The notes: generated by a model not told the origin, from the sequence alone. A stretch of 64,000 nucleotides of DNA from Bacillota bacterium (GCA_012523545.1 JAAYIH010000009.1:1248-65247), one strand, 5' to 3'. Numbered from the stretch's first letter, positions 1 to 10,191 are shown. Translations and numbers: made by a program.

Positions 1-661
1 CCATGCCGCCGGTGTTGGGTCCGGTGTCACCGGCGCCGATTCGCTTGTAATCCCGGCTGGGAACCAGGGGCAGCCAGCGCCTGCCCTGGGCCAGCACCAT
101 GAAGGAGAGTTCCTCGCCTTCCAGATACTCCTCGATGACGGCGGGGCCGGAGAGGGTCAGGGCGGCCTGCCGGGCCTCTTCCCCGGTCATGGCCACCGTC
201 ACCCCTTTACCTGCCGCCAGGCCGTCGGCTTTGATGACCACCGGCGCTCCCCACCGGGCCACCGTCTCAGCCGCCTCCCGGGGGCCGGCAACCTTGACGT
301 ACCTGGCCGTGGGAATACTCCAGGCCGTCATCAGCTCCTTGGCAAAGGCCTTGCTCCCTTCCAGGCGGGCCGCCGCCCGGGAAGGGCCGAAGCAGGGTAT
401 GCCCGCCTCTTCCAGGCAATCGCTGACGCCGGCCAACAGCGGCGCCTCCGGCCCGATTACCGCCAGGTCCACGGCCTGAGCTCTGGCCCAGGCGGCCACC
501 TCCGGCCCCGAGCAGGGATCCAGGTTCGTCACCTTTTCTGCCTGCCCCTCCAGGGCGGCGTTGCCCGGCAGCCAGTACAATTTGGTTAACAGCGGGCTTT
601 CCAGGATGCGGGCGGCCAGGGCATGCTCCCTGGCGCCGCCGCCGATTAACAGCACGCGCAC
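1..661 (-). CDS. purD: Phosphoribosylamine--glycine ligase (runs off window)
   Basis: Manual translation from GTG 661 after GGAGG: MRVLLIGGGAREHA...GPEAPL...LEGSKAFAK...KADGLAAGKGV...GPNTGGM; follows purH. Confidence 0.95.
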   Translation of the reverse strand, partial: MRVLLIGGGAREHALAARILESPLLTKLYWLPGNAALEGQAEKVTNLDPCSGPEVAAWARAQAVDLAVIGPEAPLLAGVSDCLEEAGIPCFGPSRAAARLEGSKAFAKELMTAWSIPTARYVKVAGPREAAETVARWGAPVVIKADGLAAGKGVTVAMTGEEARQAALTLSGPAVIEEYLEGEELSFMVLAQGRRWLPLVPSRDYKRIGAGDTGPNTGGM

Positions 662-672
662 TCTATCGCCTC

Positions 673-2184
673 CTAGTGCCGGAAATGGCGGATGCCGGTA
701 AAGACCATGCTGACGCCCAGCCGGTCGGCGGCCTCTATGGCCCGGGCATCGCCCTTGGAGCCTCCGGGCTGGACGATGACGGCAATGCCGGCCGCGGCGG
801 CGGCTTCCACCACGTCGGGGAAGGGGATGAAACCGTCGGAGGCCAGCACTGCGCCCCGCGCCCTGGGTCCGGCGGCTGCCAGGGCTGTGCGGGCGGCGCC
901 GATGCGGCTGGTGCTGCCGGAACCTATCCCTACAGTCATGCCGCCCGCCGCCACCACGATGGCGTTGGATTTGGCGTGCTTGGCGGTATACCAGGCCAGG
1001 CGGGCGTCTTCCTCCCAGCCCGGGGGCGGCGGAACGCTGCCCGCCACCCGCCACGGCCCGCCTTGCCCCCCATCGGCCTGCTGGACCAGCAGGCCGCCGG
1101 CAATGCTCCTGATGAGCAGGCCCGCTTCCTTCCGGGGCGGACAGGCCAGCAGGCGCAGGTTCTTTTTGCCGGCCAGGATTTCCCTGGCTGCTGCGGTGAA
1201 GTCCGGCGCCGCCACCACCTCCAGGAAAATTTCCGCCAAAGCCGCCGCCGTCTCGGCGTCCACCGGACAGTTGAAGGCCACGATGCCGCCGAAAATGGAA
1301 ACGGAGTCGGCTTCCCGGGCCCGGGCAAAGGCCTGGACCGGGGTGGCGCCTGTGCCCACCCCGCAGGGCGTCGCGTGCTTTACCGCCACCGCCGCAGGCT
1401 GGCTGAACTCCGCCGCCAGGGCCAGGGCGGCATGGGCGTCGTTGAAGTTGTTGTAGGACAATGCCTTGCCCTGGAGGGGTTCAGCCCAGGCCAGGGCATC
1501 GGTCTGCCCCTCCCACCGGTAGAGGGCGGCCTTTTGGTGGGGGTTTTCCCCGTAGCGGAGTTCGGCGCCCTTAACCGCCGCCAGCGTCAGGTGCCGGGGC
1601 AGTTCATCCCCCAGCCAGGCGGCGATGGCTGCGTCATAGGCGGCAGTGTGGGCAAAGGCCGCCTGGGCCAGGCTGCGCCGCTGCGCCTGGGACAAGTCCC
1701 CCTGCTCCCGCAGGGCGTCGAGAACGTCCCGGTAGTCTACGGGCCGGCACACCGGGATGACGTCGGGGTAGTTCTTGGCCGCCGCCCGCAGCAGGGCCGG
1801 TCCGCCGATGTCGATGTGCTCCAGCGCCCGGTCCGGGGTGCACCCGGGTTCGGCGGCCACCCGGGCAAAGGGGTAGAGGTTGACCGCCACCAGGTCCACC
1901 AGGCCTATGCCGTGGCTTTGCAGCTCGGCCAGGTCCCGGGGCTCGCTTCTCCGGGCCAGAATCCCGCCGTGGATGCGGGGGTGAAGGCTTTTTACCCGCC
2001 CTTCCAGCAGTTCGGGAAAGCCGGTGACCTCCTGTACCGGCGTCACCGCCAGGCCGGCTTCCTCCAGGGCCCGGGCGGTGCCGCCGGTGGATACCAGCTC
2101 GACACCCAGCTCTGCCAGCCCCCGGGCAAAATCCGCCAAACCCTCTTTGTCGTAAACGCTGAGCAGGGCGCGTTTAATCCGCAT
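673..2184 (-). CDS. purH: Bifunctional AICAR transformylase/IMP cyclohydrolase
   Basis: RALLSVYDK, STGGT, IDIGGP, LRYGENPHQ, QPGGS, RHFRH; ATG 2184 has an RBS. Confidence 0.96.
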   Translation of the reverse strand: MRIKRALLSVYDKEGLADFARGLAELGVELVSTGGTARALEEAGLAVTPVQEVTGFPELLEGRVKSLHPRIHGGILARRSEPRDLAELQSHGIGLVDLVAVNLYPFARVAAEPGCTPDRALEHIDIGGPALLRAAAKNYPDVIPVCRPVDYRDVLDALREQGDLSQAQRRSLAQAAFAHTAAYDAAIAAWLGDELPRHLTLAAVKGAELRYGENPHQKAALYRWEGQTDALAWAEPLQGKALSYNNFNDAHAALALAAEFSQPAAVAVKHATPCGVGTGATPVQAFARAREADSVSIFGGIVAFNCPVDAETAAALAEIFLEVVAAPDFTAAAREILAGKKNLRLLACPPRKEAGLLIRSIAGGLLVQQADGGQGGPWRVAGSVPPPPGWEEDARLAWYTAKHAKSNAIVVAAGGMTVGIGSGSTSRIGAARTALAAAGPRARGAVLASDGFIPFPDVVEAAAAAGIAVIVQPGGSKGDARAIEAADRLGVSMVFTGIRHFRH

Positions 2185-2791
2185 ATGCAACCTCCTCGCT
2201 TTCATTTTTCGGCCCCGGCTTGACCTGGCCCCGGGCAAAGGCCGTCACCGCCTGCACCAGGAGCCGGTGTTCCTGGACCTTAATGCGCGCATGCAATGTT
2301 TCCGGGCTGTCGCCGGGCAGCACCGGCACCGCCTCCTGCAAGAGGATGGGGCCGGTATCCATGCCCTCGTCCACCAGGTGCACCGTGCAGCCGCTGAGCT
2401 TGACCCCCCGGGCCAGGGCCTGGGCCGGGGCGTCCAGCCCCGGGAATGCGGGCAACAAGGAGGGGTGCACGTTGATGATGGGTGCAAACTGCCCGATGAA
2501 TTCCCGCGGCAGCAGGCGCATATAGCCCGCCAGCACCACCAGGTCGGGCCGGTAAGGGGCCATGGCCCGGGCCAGCCGGCGGTGGTAGCCTTCCCGTCCC
2601 TCCCCCCTGCGCGGGGCCAGGGCAAGAACCGGGATGCCTGCCCGGCGCGCCCTGGTCAGGGCCCCGGCCCGGGGATTGTCCGACGCCACCAGGACGATGT
2701 CCGCCACGCCGCGCCGGTGCACCTGGTCGATGAGGGCCTGGAGATTGCTGCCCGCGCCCGAGGCCAGCACCGCAACCCTGTACTTACTCAT
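2174..2791 (-). CDS. purN: Phosphoribosylglycinamide formyltransferase
   Basis: VLASGAGSNLQA, LAGYMR, INVHPSLLP, GCTVH, MDTGPI; start trimmed to ATG 2791. Confidence 0.96.
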   Translation of the reverse strand: MSKYRVAVLASGAGSNLQALIDQVHRRGVADIVLVASDNPRAGALTRARRAGIPVLALAPRRGEGREGYHRRLARAMAPYRPDLVVLAGYMRLLPREFIGQFAPIINVHPSLLPAFPGLDAPAQALARGVKLSGCTVHLVDEGMDTGPILLQEAVPVLPGDSPETLHARIKVQEHRLLVQAVTAFARGQVKPGPKNESEEVAYAD

Positions 2792-3806
2792 GGATACGCA
2801 CCCGCCCCGTGCCCGGCTGAAGCGTGCCGATGGGCCAGGCTTCGATGCCGGCGCCGTGGCAAAGGGCGATGAACTCCTGCACCTGGTCGGGCTCCGCCAC
2901 CACCGTAAAGCCGATACCCATGTTAAACGCCGACCACAGCTCCTGCCGGGGCACCCCGGCCCGGGCCATGGCGCTGTAAATCCACGGCTGGGGCCACGAT
3001 CCCGCCTGCACCACAATGTCCAAAGTATGGGGCAGGGTGCGGCCGGCGTTGCCCGGCAACCCGCCGCCGGTAATATGGGCCATGGCCTTTGCCCCCTTCT
3101 CGGCCAGGGTCCTGGCCAGGGGCAGGTAGAGGCGGGTGGGCCGGAGCAGGTATTCCAGCAGCGGACCGTCGCCGCCGGGATAGGTTTTTTCGGCCTCCAG
3201 CAGGCCCCGGTCCAGCAACAGGCGCACCAGGGAGTAGCCGTTGCTGTGCAGGCCGGAACTGGCCAGGCCCACCACGACGTCGCCGGCCCGGCAGCGGCGG
3301 CCGTCGACGATTTTGTCCCGTTCCACCACGCCGACGGCAAAGCCGGCCACGTCGTAGTCCCCCGGCGGGTAGAAACCCGGCATCTCCGCCGTCTCGCCGC
3401 CCAGCAGCGCGCACCCGGCCTGGCGGCAATAGCGGGCAAAACCGGCCACCACCGCTTCGGCGGTGGCGGCGTCCAATTTGCCCACCGCCAGGTAATCCAG
3501 CATAAACAGGGGCTGGGCGCCGCTGGTGGCCAGGTCGTTGAGGCACATGGCGGCGGCGTCCATACCCGCCGTCCGGCCGCGCCCGTTGGCGATGAGCAGG
3601 CGCAGCTTGGTACCCACCCCGTCGGTGCAGGCCGTCAACACCGGATTGACGTAACCCGGGGGCAGGCCAATCAGGCCCACAAAGCCCCCCACCCCCGCCA
3701 GGACGTGGCGGGAGTTTGTGCTCCGGGCCAGGCGGCGGTAGCTTTCCACCAGGGCTTCGGCGGCAGCCGTGTCGACGCCGCTGGCCTTGTAAGTCAGTTC
3801 TGCCAT
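2784..3806 (-). CDS. purM: AIR synthetase
   Basis: YKASGVD, TDGVGTK, GGETAEMPG, SSGLHSNGYSL, HITGGG, FNMGIG. Confidence 0.96.
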   Translation of the reverse strand: MAELTYKASGVDTAAAEALVESYRRLARSTNSRHVLAGVGGFVGLIGLPPGYVNPVLTACTDGVGTKLRLLIANGRGRTAGMDAAAMCLNDLATSGAQPLFMLDYLAVGKLDAATAEAVVAGFARYCRQAGCALLGGETAEMPGFYPPGDYDVAGFAVGVVERDKIVDGRRCRAGDVVVGLASSGLHSNGYSLVRLLLDRGLLEAEKTYPGGDGPLLEYLLRPTRLYLPLARTLAEKGAKAMAHITGGGLPGNAGRTLPHTLDIVVQAGSWPQPWIYSAMARAGVPRQELWSAFNMGIGFTVVAEPDQVQEFIALCHGAGIEAWPIGTLQPGTGRVRIHE

Positions 3807-5161
3807 CAGCCTTCCCTCCTTACAGGATGATTGCCCAGGAAACAGCCCAGGCAGAGGCTGTCGGCATCCAGCCCCACTGCCCCGGTCATGCCCCGGCAGG
3901 ACAGGAACTGCAGGCTGTCTGCCCCCACATGCCTTGCGATTTCGTCGGGCTGCATGCGGGCGGCGATGAGCTCGTCCCGGGTGTCGATGCCCAGGCCGCA
4001 GCCGTAGGCGATGGGGGGAGAGGCGATGCGCAGGTGGACCTCCACGGCGCCGGCCCGGCGCAGCATGGCCGTCAGCCGGGTGCTGGTGGTGCCCCGCACC
4101 AGTGAATCGTCCACCAGCACCACCCGCTTGCCCTTGACCACTCCGCCGATGGCATTGAGTTTCAGAGCCACCCCCTGCTCGCGCTGGCGCTGGGTGGGCT
4201 TGATAAAGGTGCGGCCCAGGTAGCGGTTGCGAATCAGTCCCGTCTCGTACGGCAGTCCTGCCTCCTGGGCGTAGCCGGCAGCGGCGGACAGGCTGGAGTC
4301 CGGCACCCCCAGGACGATGTCGGCCGGGGCGGGGGCTTCCCGGGCCAGGATGCGGCCCAGTTCCCGCCGCACCATGTGCACGTTGCGGCCGGCAAAGATG
4401 CTGTCGGGACGGGCAAAGTAGATGAACTCAAAGACGCAGAAGGCCTTGCGCCGGGGCGGCAGGAGGGGGAGGGAATGCAGACCGTCGGCGCCGATGGAAA
4501 TCAGCTCTCCCGGCTCCGCCTCCCGCACCAGTTCCGCCCCCACCGCGTCCAGGGCGCAGGACTCCGAAGCGACGACCCAGCCCTGGGGCAGCTTGCCCAC
4601 CACCAGGGGGCGGATGCCGTGGGGGTCCCGCAGGGCCATGAGGCGGTCGGGGGTGAGGACCAGCAGAGCATAGGCCCCCCGGATCTGGCTCAAAGCCGAG
4701 TGCAGCGCGTCGGTGAGGTCGGTGGTGGTGGCCCGGGCCAGGAGGTGAGCCACCACTTCGCCGTCGCTTCCGGTCTGGAAGATGGAACCCTGCTGTTCCA
4801 GGTGCTCCCGGATTTCCGGGGCGTTGACCAGCCGGCCGTTGTGGGCCAGGGCCAGCTGCCCCCAGCGCCCGGTAAAGAGCAGGGGCTGGACGTCTCCGGC
4901 CGCCGGGCCGCCGGCGGAATAGCGCACGTGGCCGATGGCGGCGGGGGCATCGATGTCCCCGGCGGCGAAGTCCCGGAACACGTCTTCCACCAGGCCGGCG
5001 CCCCGGTGCAGGTGCAGGCCGTCCTTGCTCCAGCAGATGCCGGCGCTTTCCTGGCCCCGGTGCTGGATGGCCACCAGGCCGACGATGGCCGTCGTCACGG
5101 CATCGCCCCCCGGTGCCCACAGGCCAAAAACGCCGCATTCTTCGCAGATCAGCTTACGCAC
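3806..5161 (-). CDS. purF: Amidophosphoribosyltransferase (propeptide and Fe-S type)
   Basis: GTG start MRKLICEE-CGVFG; QHRGQES, YFARPDS, VDDSLVRGTT, C-terminal CLGC. Confidence 0.95.
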   Translation of the reverse strand: MRKLICEECGVFGLWAPGGDAVTTAIVGLVAIQHRGQESAGICWSKDGLHLHRGAGLVEDVFRDFAAGDIDAPAAIGHVRYSAGGPAAGDVQPLLFTGRWGQLALAHNGRLVNAPEIREHLEQQGSIFQTGSDGEVVAHLLARATTTDLTDALHSALSQIRGAYALLVLTPDRLMALRDPHGIRPLVVGKLPQGWVVASESCALDAVGAELVREAEPGELISIGADGLHSLPLLPPRRKAFCVFEFIYFARPDSIFAGRNVHMVRRELGRILAREAPAPADIVLGVPDSSLSAAAGYAQEAGLPYETGLIRNRYLGRTFIKPTQRQREQGVALKLNAIGGVVKGKRVVLVDDSLVRGTTSTRLTAMLRRAGAVEVHLRIASPPIAYGCGLGIDTRDELIAARMQPDEIARHVGADSLQFLSCRGMTGAVGLDADSLCLGCFLGNHPVRREG

Positions 5162-7334
5162 CGGCAAACACCTCCGCCAGCGTCCCGGTCCAGGCCCGCT
5201 CCATTTCCGCCAGGCTGAGGCGGATGAGGTCGCCGATGACCAGCTCCGGTTCCGCGCTGACCCGACCCAGTTCGGCAACGGGCACCCCGTGCTCCCGGGC
5301 CAGCTCCCGGAAGGCAGCCAGGTCCCCGGGCTCCACGGCCACTGCCACAGCGCCGGGAGATTCGGAAAAGAGCCAGAAATCGGGGCGTCCCGGCCAGGGC
5401 AGGGACAGCTTCAGCCCGGCCCCGGCGGCCAGGGCCATTTCCGCCACGGTGACGGCCAGGCCGCCGTCGCTGACGTCGTGGGCCGCCTTGACCAGCCCCG
5501 CCGCCACCGCCCGGGGCAGCAGGCGGCACAGCCGGGCTTCCAGGTCCAGGTTGACCCGGGGCACCGGACCGGCCAGGTCTCCCGTGCGCGACAGCAAGTA
5601 CTCGCTGCCCCCCGGCAGGGGCTGGATTTCCCCGGCCATGACCAGCATCTGGCCGGGCCGGGGCGCGATGGCGCAGGCCCGGGCGACGTCCTCCAGCAGC
5701 CCCACCATGCCGATGACCGGCGTCGGGTAGATGGCCGCATCGCCGCTCTCGTTATACAAACTGACATTGCCCCCAACCACCGGCGTGTCCAGGGCCAGAC
5801 AGGCCTCTTTTATGCCGGCAATGGCCTGGGCCAGGGCCCAGTACTGCTCCGGCACCTCGGGGCTGGGGAAGTTGAGACAGTTGGTCACCGCAACTGGACG
5901 GGCGCCGGTGCAGGCCACGTTGCGGGCCGCCTCGGCCACCGCCCGCACAGCGCCCTGGCGGGGGTCCAGGCGGCAGTAGCGGCTGTTGCAGTCGATGGCA
6001 GCCGCTATCCCCTTGCGGCTGCCCGGGAGGCGCAGCACGGCGGCGCTGGTTCCCGGCCCCTGCACCGTGTTGCCCCCCGCCAGGTAATCGAACTGCTGCC
6101 AGATGGGGCGGCGGCTGCAGATGTTGGCGCTGGCCAATAGCTGCAGCAGGGTGCGGTTGTAGTCGGGCGGGGGCAACTGCCGCCACACCTCTCCCGCAGG
6201 CGCCGGCGCCGGCTCCTGCATGGGCGGATTGCGCCGGGGAACGCCGTCGGTCAGCAGGGCGGCGGGGAGACGCCCCACTTCCCGGCCGTGCATGCGGACA
6301 ACCAAGTCTTTTCCCGCGGTGACCTGACCGATGTCGGCAGCCTGCAAACCCCGGCGTCTGAAGGCCTCCTGCACTGCCGCAACGGCCCGGGGACGCACCA
6401 CCAGCAACATGCGCTCCTGGGACTCGGAGAGCATGATTTCCGCCGGCGTCATATCTTGCTCCCGCACCGGCACCCGGGACAGTTCCAGCTCCATGCCGGC
6501 GCCGCCCCGGAAGGCCATTTCGCTTCCGGCCGAAGTCAGTCCGGCGGCGCCCAGGTCCTGGATGCCCACCACGTCGGGATTGCCGGCCAGTTCCAGGCAG
6601 GCTTCCAGCAGCTGCTTTTCGGCCAGGGGGTCGCCCTGGACTACAGGGCTGTCGCCGTCTTCCCGGTCCAGCCCGGCCGAGGCAAAGGCGGCGCCGGCAA
6701 TGCCGTCCCGGCCCGTCCTGGCCCCCGCCACCAGCACCCGGTTGCCCGGACCGGAGGCAACGCCCTTCATCAGGCGCGCCAGGGGCGCCACGCCTATGCA
6801 CATGGCGTTGACCAGGGGATTGAGCCCGTAGCAGTTGTCAAAATACACCTCGCCCCCCACCGTGGGCACACCCAGGCAATTGCCGTAGTCGGCCATGCCG
6901 CGGACGGCGTCCCGCAGCAGTTCCCGGTTGCGGCTGTCCGCCAGGGCGCCGAAGCGCAGGGAATTGAGCAGGGCCACCGGCCGCGCCCCCATGCTGAACA
7001 CGTCCCGGACGATACCGCCGACGCCGGTGGCCGCCCCGTGGTAAGGCTCCACCGCCGAGGGGTGGTTGTGGCTTTCGATTTTAAAGGCAATGCCCATGCC
7101 GTCGCCGGCGTCGATGACCCCGGCGTTTTCCCCCGGACCCTGGACCACCAGGGGGCCCTGGGTGGGCAGGGTTTTGAGCAGGTGCCGGGTGTGCTTGTAA
7201 CTGCAGTGTTCCGACCACATCACCGCCAGCATGGCCAGCTCAAGCTCATTGGGCTCCCGGCCCAGCTGGTCCACGGCGGCCTGGTATTCAGTATCGGCAA
7301 GACCGTACTTTTGCCAAATTTTCAGTTCCGGCAT
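5154..7334 (-). CDS. purL: FGAM synthase subunit PurL (small type)
   Basis: WSEHCSYK, GPGENAG, ESHNHPS, DLGAAGL, SESQERM, GGNVSLYN, HDVSDGG; 726 aa with no glutaminase domain. Confidence 0.96.
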   Translation of the reverse strand: MPELKIWQKYGLADTEYQAAVDQLGREPNELELAMLAVMWSEHCSYKHTRHLLKTLPTQGPLVVQGPGENAGVIDAGDGMGIAFKIESHNHPSAVEPYHGAATGVGGIVRDVFSMGARPVALLNSLRFGALADSRNRELLRDAVRGMADYGNCLGVPTVGGEVYFDNCYGLNPLVNAMCIGVAPLARLMKGVASGPGNRVLVAGARTGRDGIAGAAFASAGLDREDGDSPVVQGDPLAEKQLLEACLELAGNPDVVGIQDLGAAGLTSAGSEMAFRGGAGMELELSRVPVREQDMTPAEIMLSESQERMLLVVRPRAVAAVQEAFRRRGLQAADIGQVTAGKDLVVRMHGREVGRLPAALLTDGVPRRNPPMQEPAPAPAGEVWRQLPPPDYNRTLLQLLASANICSRRPIWQQFDYLAGGNTVQGPGTSAAVLRLPGSRKGIAAAIDCNSRYCRLDPRQGAVRAVAEAARNVACTGARPVAVTNCLNFPSPEVPEQYWALAQAIAGIKEACLALDTPVVGGNVSLYNESGDAAIYPTPVIGMVGLLEDVARACAIAPRPGQMLVMAGEIQPLPGGSEYLLSRTGDLAGPVPRVNLDLEARLCRLLPRAVAAGLVKAAHDVSDGGLAVTVAEMALAAGAGLKLSLPWPGRPDFWLFSESPGAVAVAVEPGDLAAFRELAREHGVPVAELGRVSAEPELVIGDLIRLSLAEMERAWTGTLAEVFAGA

Positions 7335-8041
7335 TGCGCTTCCTCCAGTCTTTTCAGGACTTCCCGGTACCCCTCCAGCACGTCGCCGCTGTCGTTGCGG
7401 AAGCGGTCCTTGTCCAGGCTCTCGGCGGCGCCCGCCCGCCAGAGGCGGCAGGTATCGGGAGAGATTTCGTCGATGAGGAGCAGCTCGTCCCCGGCGACGC
7501 CGAATTCCAGTTTAAAGTCCACCAGGTCCAGCCCGGCAGCGGCAAAGATTTCCTTCAGTACGCGGTTTACCGCCAGGGCCCGGCTGGCCATGGCGTCGCA
7601 CTGCTGCGGAGTGGCCAGCTGCAACAGGGCGATGTGCTCCCGGGTGAGGAGGGGATCGTGCAGGCGGTCATTTTTCCAAAAGAACTCCACCAGGGGCGGA
7701 ACGATTTCCAGGTTTGGCTCCAGCCCCAGGCGCCGGCAGATGCTGCCGGCAGTGCGGTTGCGCACCACCACTTCCAGGGGCAGCAGCCGGGCCCTCCTGG
7801 CCAGCATGGCGGCGCTGCCTGCCAGGGCCACAAAGTGATTGGCGATGCCGGCCTCGGCCAGGCGGGTGAAGAGCAGGGCCGAAATCTTGTTGAGCAAGGC
7901 CCCCTTCCCCGGCAGCACCGCTTTCTTTGCCCCGTCCCCGGCGGTAATGGCGTCGCTGAACTCGATGATGCAGAGGCCGGGATCGGGGGTGGCCCAGACG
8001 GATTTAACCTTGCCTTGATGCAACAGCTCCCTTTTTTCCAT
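7322..8041 (-). CDS. purC: SAICAR synthetase
   Basis: GKVK, PLEVVVRN, DFKLEFG, DEISPDTCRLW, DKDRFR. Confidence 0.96.
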   Translation of the reverse strand: MEKRELLHQGKVKSVWATPDPGLCIIEFSDAITAGDGAKKAVLPGKGALLNKISALLFTRLAEAGIANHFVALAGSAAMLARRARLLPLEVVVRNRTAGSICRRLGLEPNLEIVPPLVEFFWKNDRLHDPLLTREHIALLQLATPQQCDAMASRALAVNRVLKEIFAAAGLDLVDFKLEFGVAGDELLLIDEISPDTCRLWRAGAAESLDKDRFRNDSGDVLEGYREVLKRLEEAQCRN

Positions 8042-8042
8042 G

Positions 8043-9350
8043 TTATCCCCTTCCTTTTTCAATCCCCGCGCGGGCCAGGATGTCGTCCACCCGGGCCAAT
8101 AGGCGCCGGAGATCAAAGATTGCGTCCAGTTCCTGCTCCGTCAGAAGCTCCCGGAGCCGGGGCTGCTCCGCCGCGACCTGCCGCAGCGAGCCGCCCCCCT
8201 GCCAGACCTGCATGGCCGCCGCCTGCACCAGGTCGTAGGCCTCTTCCCGGGTCAGGCCCTTGTCCACCAGGGCCAGCAGCAGGGAGCCCGAAAAAGTCAG
8301 CCCCCGGGAAAGCGCGATGTTCTTCTGCATCTGCTCGGGGTAGACGTGGAGGTCCCGGAGGATGTCGGCAAGCCTGTGCACCATGTAGTCCACCAGGATG
8401 GTGCTGTCGGGGAGGATTACCCGTTCCGCCGAGGAGTGGGAGATGTCCCGCTCGTGCCAGAGGGCGACGTTTTCCAGGGCGGCCAGGCTGTTGGCGCGCA
8501 CCACCCGGGCCAGGCCGCAGAGCTGCTCGCAGCCGACGGGGTTGCGCTTGTGGGGCATGGCCGACGAACCCTTTTGCCCCGGGTAGAAGGGCTCCTCCAC
8601 TTCCCGGGTCTCGGTGCGCTGCAGGTTGCGGATTTCCAAAGCCACCTTTTCAATGGAGGCGGCGATGAGGGCCAGGGTGGTCATGAGGGCGGCGTGGCGG
8701 TCCCGCTGCAGCACCTGGGAAGATACCGGCGCCGGCTCCAGGCCCAGTTTGGCGCACACATACGCTTCTATTTCCGGGGGAATATTGGCGAAGCTGCCCA
8801 CCGCCCCCGACAGCTTGCCCACCGCCACCTCTTTGCGGGCGGCGGCCAGGCGGCGGCGCTGGCGCAGGAATTCCTGGTACCAAAGGGCAAATTTGAGCCC
8901 CAGGGTAACGGGCTCGGCGTGGACGCCGTGGGTGCGCCCCATCATCACGGTGTACCGGTGTTTGTCGGCCTGGCGGGCCAGCACTTCCAGCAGTCCGGCC
9001 AGACCGGCGTCGATGATGTCCACCGCCTCCGCCAGTTGGCAGCTGGCAGCGGTGTCCACCACGTCGGACGAGGTGAGGCCGTAATGCAGGTACCGGGATT
9101 CGGGGCCCAGGCTTTCGGCCACGCAGCGGGTAAAGGCGATGACGTCGTGGCGGGTGCTCTTTTCCAGCTCCAGGATGCGCTGGACGCTGAACCTGGCCCC
9201 GGCCCGGATTTTTTCCGCCGCCTCGGCGGGGATGCGTCCCAGCCGGGCCCAGGCCTCGCAGGCCAGGATTTCCACCTCCAGCCACAGCCGGAATTTGTTT
9301 TCCAGCGTCCACACCCGGGCCATCTCGGGGCGGGAATAGCGCTCAAGCAC
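8043..9350 (-). CDS. purB: Adenylosuccinate lyase
   Basis: [37 protein letters not shown]. Confidence 0.97.
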   Translation of the reverse strand: MLERYSRPEMARVWTLENKFRLWLEVEILACEAWARLGRIPAEAAEKIRAGARFSVQRILELEKSTRHDVIAFTRCVAESLGPESRYLHYGLTSSDVVDTAASCQLAEAVDIIDAGLAGLLEVLARQADKHRYTVMMGRTHGVHAEPVTLGLKFALWYQEFLRQRRRLAAARKEVAVGKLSGAVGSFANIPPEIEAYVCAKLGLEPAPVSSQVLQRDRHAALMTTLALIAASIEKVALEIRNLQRTETREVEEPFYPGQKGSSAMPHKRNPVGCEQLCGLARVVRANSLAALENVALWHERDISHSSAERVILPDSTILVDYMVHRLADILRDLHVYPEQMQKNIALSRGLTFSGSLLLALVDKGLTREEAYDLVQAAAMQVWQGGGSLRQVAAEQPRLRELLTEQELDAIFDLRRLLARVDDILARAGIEKGRG

Positions 9351-9843
9351 GGCCTTCCACCAGCTTTGCACGCAGTTCCGCATCCCCGGCCAACACGCGC
9401 CGGGCCTGGTTCCGGCGCAACTCTTCCAGCTTGTCCGCCAGACGCCCGTCGCGCAGGGCCAGGATCTGCACCGCCAGCAGGGCGGCGTTGCGGGCGTTGT
9501 CGATGCCCACCGTCGCCACCGGTACCCCCGGCGGCATCTGCACCACCGAATACAGGGCGTCCCGGCCCTGGAGGGGGCCCGCCGCCAGGGGCAACCCGAT
9601 GACCGGTCGCCGGGTATGGGCCGCCACTACCCCGGGCAGATGGGCGGCCAGGCCGGCGGCGGCGATGAAGACCTGCACCCCTGCCGCTTCCGCCTCCCGC
9701 ACAAAAGCCGCGCATTCCGCAGGGGTGCGGTGGGCCGACAGCACCCGCACCTCCGTCTCGACGCCGAATTCCCGCAACAGCTTCCAGGCCTCCTCCGCCC
9801 TGGGCCAGTCCGAAACGCTGCCCATAATCAACGCCACTTGCAT
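9343..9843 (-). CDS. purE: N5-CAIR mutase / AIR carboxylase
   Basis: [31 protein letters not shown]. Confidence 0.96.
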   Translation of the reverse strand: MQVALIMGSVSDWPRAEEAWKLLREFGVETEVRVLSAHRTPAECAAFVREAEAAGVQVFIAAAGLAAHLPGVVAAHTRRPVIGLPLAAGPLQGRDALYSVVQMPPGVPVATVGIDNARNAALLAVQILALRDGRLADKLEELRRNQARRVLAGDAELRAKLVEGRA

Positions 9844-9869
9844 AACAGCACCTCCCGCAGTTTTGTCTA

Positions 9870-9925
9870 AAATTTAAAGCCCAGACAGGGTAGGTTACGG
9901 TCAGAAACCTACCCGCCTGGGCTTT
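9870..9925 (-). terminator. Riboswitch-controlled intrinsic terminator of the pur leader
   Basis: AAAGCCCAGGCGGGTAGGTT..AACCTACCCTGTCTGGGCTTT then a U-rich tail; the 5' arm is the 3' end of the PRPP aptamer. Confidence 0.8.
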
Positions 9926-10003
9926 TATCCCTTCGGTGTAGCTGCGTACACGACGCAACCTGTACCACTCGGACCCAAAAATGGGAACCCTAGGTACACT
10001 TTC
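9904..10003 (-). ncRNA. ykkC-family PRPP riboswitch aptamer (subtype 2b)
   Basis: GAAAGUGUACCUAGGGUUCC..CCGAGUGGUACAGG..ACACC..GGGAUAAAAGCCCAGGCGGGUAGGUUUC; lies upstream of purine biosynthesis genes. Confidence 0.9.
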
Positions 10004-10071
10004 CCCGTAGTCAGGCAATTTACGGTTGCCTGGTAGAGACTCCCGAGCCCTATTCCCGGGATTATACGAGC
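10004..10071 (-). ncRNA. Purine (guanine) riboswitch aptamer
   Basis: CUCGUAUAAUCCCGGGAAUAGGGCUCGGGAGUCUCUACCAGGCAACCGUAAAUUGCCUGACUACGGG; C in GAC-UAC indicates guanine specificity. Confidence 0.95.
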
Positions 10072-10091
10072 TGCTATTCAATTACACTTTC

Positions 10092-10120
10092 ATCATACCC
10101 CTGCCGGTTGGACAAGTCAA
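10092..10120 (-). promoter_or_regulatory. SigA-type promoter of the pur operon
   Basis: TTGACT-N17-TATGAT just upstream of the aptamer. Confidence 0.8.
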
Positions 10121-10160
10121 GGAAAACCCTGTTCTTTCGCTTCTTGCTCTTTTTCAAAGG

Positions 10161-10186
10161 AAAAAAGGCCGGCTGACGCCGGCCCT
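10161..10186 (-). terminator. Intrinsic terminator after the NCS2 permease
   Basis: GGCCGGC-GTCA-GCCGGCC then T6. Confidence 0.8.
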
Positions 10187-10191
10187 TGCCG

